From Mobula hypostoma (Eukaryota), in the NCBI RefSeq assembly GCF_963921235.1, contig NC_086109.1, forward strand, positions 17,796,001 to 17,860,000: 64,000 bases of DNA, read 5' to 3'. The position numbers and the translations under genes are program-made. The notes under the pieces were generated by a model that was not told the origin of the DNA, did not search any database, and saw only the letters and a list, made by a program, of their open reading frames with translations. Below, piece by piece: positions 51,966 through 61,369 of this stretch (its first letter is position 1; every line of letters begins with the position of its first letter).

Positions 51966-53314
51966 CTAGCTGGATATTGTGAGATCCTGGGCCATGAAGA
52001 CCAGCAGCAACACAGCACTTCGAAGGTTATAATGCATGGAGATAATCACAGTGTTCACTCCCTTGTGCTTCCTTTCACCCAGTCTTAACCGATGCTGAAT
52101 GCAATAGTTGCAGATTGAATCAGACCACAGTTACTAGAGTTATTGATATTCAATCCAGCTCACCTAAAGTCACTGCCTTTTTGAAAAAAACCTGGAATAG
52201 CAATTAATGCCTGTCTAATCATTGGGGAGCAGCTGAAAAATGGGAAGGAACTAGCTAGAGAAGAAAATTCAAATGATGACAAATCTCAAAGTTTAACAAA
52301 AATGTTGCTATTTCAAATTTATATTTGGAAAACTAAGTGAGCTTTTTTCTTTAAGAATAACAATTTTAAAATGCTTGACACATCTGATTCCATTCAGTTG
52401 CAGGTGCAATGTTTAATGCAAGGTGCATCTTCACCTCACAATGAATACCTGTGCGAGACAGACAATCCTCGACAATGAAAGCACCTATCTCTCTAAACTA
52501 ATTAACTTAATTGTGAACATGCTCATTGTTTCCACAAAGTATTCACTGTAGCTTCTGATTGTGCCTCATCGCCACTTCCTCACTCCCCGCCCTCACAGTA
52601 TTCCTTGTAAATTGACATTTTAGCCAAGCATGTAAAATCATGGGATTATGCAGCACATGCAAGGGTTATTTGGTCTATCATGCATTGCCAGATCTTTGAA
52701 AGAGTATACTCCCCAAGCATTTTCCCAATATCCTGAACATTCTCAGTTTCTCAAGTATTTATTCTAATCCATTTTAAGTTACTATAGAAACTGTTTTTAT
52801 CACTCTTTCAGGCAGTGAATTATAGGTCAACATAACATACTGTGTTTTTTTAAAGAAAGCTCACCATTCTGTCCTCTGATTGACTTAACAATTGTTTAAA
52901 ATCTGATAATACCACTAGAAGAAATGGGTTCTCTCTACTGTCCATTTACTCTATCTGAACTCCTTATTTTCAAAGCCTGTATTGAATTTTTTTTTATATT
53001 CTAATTTTTTAAAGCCAAGTACCCCAAATTTTCCTCTCTCCACATGGCTGAAGTCCTTCATTCTTGATATCACTTTGTGAAGCATCTCCAGGACCTTTTC
53101 ATAGCCTTAACATACCCTAAGTGTAGCTACCAGAACTAAACAAAGCACAAATTTCTAAACCAAACACATCACCTTATTTGACCACACCAGCCCTATGCAA
53201 AGTTTTCCCTTCCTGTTCTATTAACCTCTGGTTCCACCAGTACTTGTTTCATCAGGCCTTGGGGATTTATCCACCTTAATTCACCTCAAGATAGTCACAC
53301 ACTACTGTCTTTAG

Positions 53315-53575
53315 AGTTTATAGAGAAAGGTGCCGAAAACAAAAGAAAAACATCCAGTGGATGGCAGTTCAGTGGGCGAAAATGCCTTATGAAAGGAGAG
53401 GTCAGAGGAGAATGGCTAGACTGGTTCAAACTGACAGGAATGCGACAGTAACTCATTTGACAATAGAGGTGTGGAAAAGAGTATCTGTGAATTCACAATA
53501 TATCAAACCTTGAAGTGGATGGGTTATAGCCATGGAAGACCATGAACATATATACTCAGTGGCCAGTTTATTAGG
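53315..53575 (+). mobile_element. Tc1/mariner remnant
   Basis: RGQRRMARLVQTDRNATVT transposase N-terminal motif; TIR-like TATACTCAGTGGCCAGTTTATTAGG at 53551-53575. Confidence 0.7.
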
Positions 53576-53700
53576 AAAATGGCCACTGAGCGTATTCCAT
53601 GGCATTTGTTGTTTTGTGGCAGCATAGGATGCAAGAACAACCGATTTCTAATATGGCCGAAGAAATACGAAAGTGCAGCTTTGTTAATCGTGGTTCCTTG

Positions 53701-53885
53701 GATCACAAACAAGAGAAAATCTGCGGATGCTCGAAGTCCAAGCAACACACGCAAAGTACTGGAGGAACTCAGCAGACCAGACAGTATCTTTTCGAGAGGG
53801 TCTCAGCCCAAAACGTCGACTGTACTTTTTCCCATAGATGTTTCTTAGCCTGCTGAGTTCCTCCAGCATTTTGAGTTTGTTAACA
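53701..53885. mobile_element. Short fold-back Penelope-like insertion
   Basis: Inverted pLTR arms; direct repeat TGGTTCCTTG at 53691-53700 and 53886-53895. Confidence 0.8.
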
Positions 53886-53929
53886 TGGTTCCTTGAATAG
53901 TAATTTAGAGAGAGAAATATTAAATCGAG

Positions 53930-54355
53930 AATATTCTATCCAATTCTTGTAAAGAATCTCAGCAGTTTCAACCAAATGATTTATTGGACAACCATTATCA
54001 TTGCTCTTAAATCGTTTCTCATCATTCTGTGGATCAAAACTGTTTTGTTCACTTTAAGTGCAACTGGAATGGCCATTACTTTTAGCCAGAGAGTTAAGAG
54101 GCTCGAGAATGGTTTTTCATTTTCTCTGGTCAAGAGTCCCATCTCATGTTTTTTAATCCCTTTAGCCCTGTCACACATGCACTTCATTCCCTTCAAGGCC
54201 TCCTCAATTTCTTGTACTTTGATTGGCTTTATCAGATCATTACTTTTCTCATGGAATTGGCATCTTGCCATCTTGCAGTCTGCAGTATACAGTTTGGCTT
54301 GGAACCATGCCTGTACCTCTCCACATTGAAAAGGCAGTGGACATATCTAATGAGG
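53930..54355 (-). mobile_element. Degenerate R2-like (RLE-clade) non-LTR RT N-terminal fragment; may extend to ~55130 beyond the SINE
   Basis: LIKPIKVQEIEEALKGMK..LLTLWLKVMAIPVALKVNKTVLI..DNGCPI/IIWLKLLRFFTRI parallels the RT domain 0-2 pattern PI..EI...WL...IP..LK...T.LIPK...NWRPITI...L.R.F.RI. Confidence 0.55.
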
Positions 54356-54357
54356 TT

Positions 54358-54680
54358 CTAAAAGAAAAAGAAATTAGCTTTATTTGTCACATGCACATTG
54401 AAACATTGTCATTTGCATCAAATAAAATTAGCAAGGATTATGCTGGGAGCAGCCCGCTAGTGTCAATATGCTTCCAGTGCCAACATAGCACGTGTAAAAT
54501 TCATTAACCCTAACTGTACATCTTTGGAATGTGGGAGGAAACCAGAGCACCCAGAAGGAAAGCCACATAGTTAGGGGGAGAACGTACAAACTGCTTACAG
54601 ACAGCGGTGGGATCGAACATTGATCAGTGATCGCTAGTCTTGTTGAGCGATTGCACTAACCACTACACTGCTGAGGCACC
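54358..54680 (-). mobile_element. V-SINE-like element
   Basis: Minus strand A-box TAGTGGTTAG, GTTCGATCCC B-box, V-domain. Confidence 0.8.
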
Positions 54681-55164
54681 TTCACAGTCTAGTCTCCCCA
54701 ATCTTTATAATGCATTCTCCTGAGGTTCCTGTAGTTGATTTTGCATTTATATGTGCATCTCTTTGCCTTTGTTTACTGTAATGTTGAACCTCTTCACTAT
54801 AGGCTTTTATGAAGAATCCCATTGGGCTGATTGTTCCATGATTTCTGCTATTCTTTTAATACTTCTTGGTTGGCCTAACGATGCCGCTTGTAAGCGGCCA
54901 AGGCCTTTGCACATTTTATAGAATTAATCCTTTGTGCCCCGTGACTTTTTAAGGGTCCTTACGCCTAAGACAATGGTGTTACATTGTGTGGAGCTCTCTG
55001 GCAAGCAGGTGTTGATCATTTGATCATAAATCAAATTTGGTGTTTCTCTTGAGGATTCGATTGACGTAGTATCAACCTCATTGTATTTTCCAGTTCTGGG
55101 CTGTTATTTCTATTGGTTCTCTATGTTGTCCCTTTGGGATTCTATCTGCAGGCCCTCCTTTATT

Positions 55165-55325
55165 TAATTATTTATTTAGATACAACGCAGACTAGACCCT
55201 TCCGGCCCTTTGAGCCATGTCACACAGCAAACCCGTACAAACTCTTTACAGGCAGTGGCGGGAATTGAACCCGAGTCACCTGTACTGTAAAAGGATGTGC
55301 TAATCATTACGCTACTGTGCTGCCC
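55165..55325 (-). mobile_element. Internally deleted HE1/V-SINE-like element
   Basis: Minus strand GGCAGCACAGTAGCGTAATGATTAGC, GGGTTCAATTCC, (TAAA)n tail. Confidence 0.8.
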
Positions 55326-55355
55326 TTCTTGAGTGCTATTCCCTGGACATCCATC

Positions 55356-55855
55356 TACAATGCCTTGAAAAATTATTCAGTTAGCAATTATTCAGAAAGC
55401 AGTATTACAACCAGGGATTTTGATCAATCTAACTGATCACATGCTTTAGGAAGATGGACTTCCTCCCCAGATTAAGCTTTCTGGCAGAGGTAGCAGGTTT
55501 TTATCTAGGATTTCTTTGTATTTAGCAGGATTCCTCCTCCCATCAGTCCTGACCAGATTTCCAGTCCCTGCTGCTGAAAAGCATCCCCAGAGCATGATGC
55601 TACCTCCACTTTACTTTACAGTTACCTGGCTGATGTGCCATCTGAGATTTACACAACATGTACCGCTAAAGACTTGCAAAGCCTCACTTAGAAGATACTG
55701 TAAAGAAGATCTTGTGGTCGATGAGACTAAAGTGGAATGCCTTGGCTTCAACACTAAGTGGCGTAAATCTAATACTGCGCATCAGCCAGGTAACGCCATC
55801 CCTACTGTAAAGTATTGTGAAGTGAGCATCGTGCTATGGGGATGCTTTTCAGTGT
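55356..55855. mobile_element. Rearranged Tc1-like transposon remnant
   Basis: TA+CAATGCCTTGAAAAATTATTCA TIR-like end; DETKVE..WRKSNTAH.P..IPTVKY..SIVLWGCFS on plus (55715-55850) and GGSIMLWGCFSAAGTGNLV on minus (55545-55610). Confidence 0.8.
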
Positions 55856-56379
55856 GACTTGGTGTGGATTAGAACCATTAAGGATACCATAGCTACAGTA
55901 TTCGAATGCAATCTTGGCCCTTGGCCAAGAATCATAGTTCCTCTTGTTTTGCAGGTGGCCAGAAAGCAAAGCACTGCAGATGTTGCGTCTGAAATATAAA
56001 CAGAAAATGCTCAAAATATTCAGCAGGGCCGGGTAATGCCTGCTAAGAAGGATGTATTTAGGTAGATGAACCTTGTAGATGCCCTGATGAAAGGTCATAG
56101 ATCACAGATCAACTATTTCTCTCTCCACAAATGCGACCTCTCCTTGTTCACCCTTTTGAAGCCTGCATCATTTGGAAGAATTCAATCAGTTCTTAATAGT
56201 TGCTTTTCAAAGACCCTCAGCTTCTGCCACAATTGCAATTCTCAATCCTGACACTTGTACACCTTTTCAGCACTTTTCTCAAATGCTTCAATATGCATTT
56301 ATCATATGGAGACTATAGCTCTGCACGGTATTCTAAGCACAGATCTGTGCAGAATTTATGAAGTAGAAATAGGGTAGCT

Positions 56380-56937
56380 TCCCCAGGAGCGGCCTGGAAG
56401 ACATATGGCTTCGGGGTGCAACCCTGTAGCGCTGTGGACAACCCAATTCCTCACCGGTGTCACCCACTGAAGCGTCGCGGAAGATCAGAAGATCAAGACA
56501 ACAAATAAGCAATGCTGCAGACTGTAACAACGAGCTGCTGGTCTCCCTCTCGCTGCAGCAGGAGTGATACCTCTCTCTCCCTCGTTAGTGAGAGAAAGAG
56601 CCTGTGGGATATCGAGGTGTTGGGATGGACAGTGTTTTTTTTTTGATGGACTTGGGTTCATGGTCTCTTTGGATGCTATTGCCTGCATGGCAGGTGGTGG
56701 GAGGGAGGGGCTGATGCTTTTGCTGAGGCAGGTGGGAGGGGGAGGGTGGAAGATTGATGCTTTGCTGCTGCTTGCATGTGGGAGTGGGAGGGGACTTTGG
56801 GGTTCTAATGTTTTTTTATGTCATTCATTCTTTGGGGTTTTTTTTCTGTTTTGCAGATACCTATGGAGAGTAAGAATTTTAGGTTGTATTCTGTATTAAT
56901 TCTCTGATATTAAGTGGAACCATTGAATCATTGAACC
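56380..56937 (+). mobile_element. Non-autonomous retroposon with GC-rich 5' part and (CATTGAA) tail
   Basis: GC/CpG-rich head, T-rich 3' part, AACCATTGAATCATTGAAC end; architecture like 11718-12397. Confidence 0.5.
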
Positions 56938-57214
56938 TTATCACCATAGTCTGTAATTGATTGCAAAAGCTGTTTTTGTGAAAAAGCATTTACTTCGACT
57001 TAATGTCATCAGTTAGATGTGGCTAACTGGGAATGTAGAAGTGACTGTGCGTTTCTGATTTACTAAATTTTAAACATGGTTTCTCGGTATGTTTCACATA
57101 GTATAGGTCTGTGAACTTTGTCTTCTTGTACATTTGCAGAATAATCTGAGAGTTTTTTTTGTTTTGGTTTTTTTAATTTCCCAAGTTTCTATATATTTAT
57201 GAACGTACAGTAAA

Positions 57215-57420
57215 CCTGTTAGTCTTGCGAGACCATGGATCTGCACCTGGAAAGTCTTCACTCTCCAGGGCGCAGGCCTGGACAAGGTTGTACGGAAGAC
57301 CAGCAGTTGCCCATGCTAAGTGCCTTGCTCAAAGACACAACACGCTGCCTCAGCTGGGGCTTGAACTCACAACCTTCAGATCGTTAGTCCAATGCCTTAA
57401 CCACTTGGCCACGTGCCCAC
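57215..57420 (-). mobile_element. tRNA-derived SINE (CORE-like middle, probable RTE-type tail)
   Basis: Minus strand TGGCCAAGTGG A-box, GTTCAAGCC B-box, GTGTCTTTGAGCAAGGCACTT; TSD ACAGTAAA at 57207-57214 and 57421-57428. Confidence 0.85.
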
Positions 57421-57561
57421 ACAGTAAATATGCACCTGCAAAGTACATTTACCCCGTGTGAGCTATTTTCCACATAAATTGCTGCTTGTGGTTAATATAG
57501 CATGGCCATAGATGTAACAATAGAGATCAGGCACTGATTGTCTTTTTACTAGTACTGAGTT

Positions 57562-58230
57562 ATTGAATTGAATTGAATTGACTTTATTTCTGACATCCTT
57601 CAGATACATGAGGAGTAAAAATCTTTACATTACGTCTCCGTCTAAATGTACAATGTGCAATCATAGTAATTTATAATAATTTATGATAAATAGAACAGTC
57701 AATGTAACACAGAAATATACTCAAATCAGTGTGAATTAATCTGTCCGATGGCCTGGTAGAAGAAGTTGTCCTGGAACCCGTTTGTCCTGGCTTTTATGCT
57801 GTGGTATTGTTTCCTGATGGTAGCAGCTGGAGTAGATTGTCCATTTTTTTCACACCTGTCTTTGTAAATGTCCTGAATCATGGGAAGTTCACAACTACCG
57901 ATGCGCTGGGCTGTCCGCACCACTCTCTGTAGAGTCCTGAAATTAAGGGAAGTACAGTTCCCATGCCAGGCAGTGATGCAGCCAGTCAGGATGCTCTCAA
58001 TTGTGCCCCTGTAGAAAGTTCATAGGATTTGGGGGCCCATATCAAACTTCTTCAGCTGTCTGAGGTGAAAAAGGCATTGTTGTGCTTTTTTCACCACACA
58101 GCTGGTGCATACAGCCCACGTGAGGTCCTCGGTGATGTGGATGCTGAGGAAATTAAAGTTGTTTACCCTCTCAACTCCAGATCCATTGATGTCATTAGGG
58201 ATTAGCCCATCTCCATTCCTCCTGTAATCC
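57562..58230 (-). mobile_element. Rex1/Babar-like LINE 3' portion
   Basis: FYRGTIESILTGCITAWHGNC, VVRTAQRI..ELP.IQDIY, DNFFYQAI; (TCAAT)n tail. Confidence 0.85.
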
Positions 58231-59293
58231 TTTGTTTAGGAACAATTCTTTTGTTTATGATTCTAGAAGAAGATGGCTCATTTGTATTGTGCTTGTGCAT
58301 GTTATACATAAAAGTATTTGTAAAAAAAAATAAAATGTGAGCACTATTTGCAGATATGTGGGTCAAAAATCAGGAAGAGCCAATTCCTGTTATCAGTGGA
58401 AAATGCAAAACCCTGGGAATGATGTGGTGTTTTTATAATAAAACTAACATGGAATGGCTTGGCATCCGACTGTTAAGCTGCAAATCAAATTATTAAGAAT
58501 GCTGAGATATTTCAAACAGTCTAAACTGTGTACAAAAATAGCATTGATTCATATTTGTATCTTCACTCTGTACTGGTTTCTCTATAATGGAACATGGTCT
58601 GTGTATGTGATCATAAATTATATAGCTTTGTTCTTTTATGTCGCGTTGGTGCAGCAGAGTGACTCACGCATGCAGAAAGCACTAAGAGCTTTGATTTCAA
58701 ATATATCAAGGAAATTGCAAAATATTAAATATTCCCTCTGTTTCTACTAACTTCACCCCTTTACTCTACACCTTGTTCCTCCTTTATCAAACGTGCCTAC
58801 TTCCGTGGTAAACTGGGACATCTCCTGGTGAGGTTGGCTGGTCTAGAGCCTTTGTTTCAAGAAACAACTTCTTCTTGCTCTATGGATGGTTTTAAGTGGT
58901 AGACGCTGACTCATTTGTTCAGCCCCTTCACGTATCAAGCTCACAAACTTATCGTATGCAGTGGAGTTTAAGTAGTGATATTGAAAACGGTGTAATGCTT
59001 AAGAGGTCTTGGATGCTGATGCAATTGCCAGGCACTTCACTGAAGTATTATGAGACAAGAATTAACACGGAGTTAAAAGATGTAAATATATGTGACCAGA
59101 AACCTGATCAATGAAGTAGTTTCAAGGACTCAATCCAAAAGGTTTAGGATGAGAACTACAGAACTTAAGGCTTATGAAATGGAAAGTAATGATGCAGATG
59201 GTGGGACGTACAGGCATGATTTCATACTACAGGAAATCAGCTCCTTCAGCTCACCGATGTCCATGTTGTCTGTACCTATCTACTCTAATCCCA

Positions 59294-59576
59294 AACACAA
59301 AATACTCTGCAGATGCTGGGGTCAAAGCAACACTCACAACACGCTGGAGCAACTCAGCAGGTCGGGCAGCATCCGTGGAAACGATGAGTCGACGTTTTGG
59401 GCCAAAACCCTTCATCAGGACTGTAGAGGGAAGGGACAGAGGCCCTATTAAGGCTTTATAGGGCCTCTGCCCCTTCCCTCTACAGTCCTGACGAAGGGTT
59501 CCGGCCCGAAACGTCGACTCATTGTTTCCACGGATGCTGCCCGACCTGCTGAGTTCCTCCAGCGTGTTGAGAGTGT
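59294..59576. mobile_element. Near-perfect palindromic Penelope-like insertion
   Basis: ~120-bp inverted arms centred near 59452; 13-bp TSD TACTCTAATCCCA at 59281-59293 and 59577-59589. Confidence 0.93.
59484..59519 (+). ncRNA. Minimal type I hammerhead ribozyme, intact core (predicted cut after 59515)
   Basis: AGUC CUGACGA A GGGU-UCCG-GCCC GAAA CGUC GACU; the mirror copy at 59387-59422 has GAAA changed to AAAA. Confidence 0.85.
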
Positions 59577-60029
59577 TACTCTAATCCCATTTACCCACAT
59601 TAGGTCTGTAGCTTTCTATGCCTTGACACTTCATTACGGAAGTGCTGCCTCATTAAAGACCACCAGTGTCCAGGCCATGCCATCTCCAGTCAGGTAGGAG
59701 TTACAAGTTCAAAGCAGCAAAACCCTAATCACTACAATTTAGCAACAGCATGGTCCCACTGATCACTCTGCACTAAAACGCATGTTAATTATTTTTAGTC
59801 CTAGTTACGTTCTTTCTTGCAAACATGGGGTCAAATGTATGTTTTTCTTGTGAATGCTAATTACATGCCTAAGATGCGGCAGCAGGTTTTTCATTGCACC
59901 TGTGCATATGTGTACTTATGCATATGACAATAATTGACAATAATCTCAACTTTGAGTTTGACCTGTGCAGAAGTGTAGTCTAAGCAATAAATGACTTTTG
60001 CAGTGCAGCTAGTGCTACAATATACAAAT

Positions 60030-60240
60030 TGCATTTTAATACAAATAGCATTTTAATAACCACACAAACTGTTTTGGTGATGTTAGCTGAAATGTAAATG
60101 CCAGAACCTAGTGGGAGTTATCTTGATCTTCAAATAGTGCTATGCATAGGCAAAAGGAGACTTAGTATTTCCTCCAAAAGTAACCTCTACAACCTCTATG
60201 TTCCTTCAGCTATACTGGAGTTTTAGCATACTTTCTGCTG
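60030..60240 (-). mobile_element. Ancient Deu-domain SINE remnant
   Basis: Reverse-strand similarity to 51260-51440. Confidence 0.45.
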
Positions 60241-61369
60241 AAACCAAGGACACAACAAATGCTGGAAAAATATGTACAATGATACACACAATCCAACCAA
60301 AAACCCACCACTTTTCATGCATTATTTTAACTGAATGGTAAATCAGGCTTTGGTCAGTAGTCAGATTTTCATCCCTCAACCTAGTTAATGTCCAGTAACA
60401 GGAGAGGCTAGCTCAAAATTATCTCTTCTATGGGAGTATATTGAAGCTGTCCACTATAATGAGTGTCATTGAACCAGAGTTGCTTAATAAATCCTTTTCC
60501 TTTTCTGTGAAACCTTCGCTCAATATAAACTAAATTGTTCTTCAAATTCAATTTCATACCTATGGTGCTGGAAAATGATTATATAATTCAACTTTAAAGT
60601 GAGGGACCAGCATAGGCCAGTCGGAGATAAGTAGCATCTCTAATCATGAAGCCAATGCAAAACACTTTTAAAAAGAAAAATAATTCAGAACCTGATGACT
60701 GGTATGACACAGGCACGGAGAAACAATGTGCTCCATAGAAACCAGTTACAATCTAATGCTCCATCAAGCATTGCTATAGTGCCCTAGTAAATTGAAATCT
60801 TTTCAGCTACCAGGAATCTGCCCAGGAGACAAACTGCAATTTGTCAGAGAAGAGGCTTGCAGTGCTAATAGAAGCTGTCAGCTTATTTTTTTGCAACAAC
60901 AGAATCTGCATTGCATACAAATCAGAACAATGTAATGCTATTAACACCTTGAATATCTTGGGTCCAATATCTCACTGTGCATTGAAATGGCATTTATGTA
61001 GTGGCTTTCATAACATTTCGTGATTCTTCGCACCCAATTTAAAGAGCGGCCAGGAATGCAGTGTTGAAAACCCAGCAGCAATTTCGCACAAGAAAGATTC
61101 TGAAACAACAATGAGACCATCAATGACAATCCATTGATCTAGAGAAGACCATTACATGGTTTACTAGCAGATCTAGGGATAATTTGGTAATCAGACCCTT
61201 AACTGACTGATCTGTTTGTAGTTTGAGGCCATGTGGGCAAGCTGCTCTTTGTTGCACCTTCTCCCTTTCCACGCTCTTAGTGAACGAGAGCGCAACATCT
61301 TGCAGGATGGGAGCCATTTGAAAACTACAGGAGTAAGCCTAATTTGAGCCAATAAAAAGAAAGGAGATG

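Noticed and set aside
59294..59576. Palindrome as a pre-miRNA or DNA-transposon MITE
   Set aside because: Arms are Penelope pLTR sequence, asymmetric at the ends, and TSD length varies among copies
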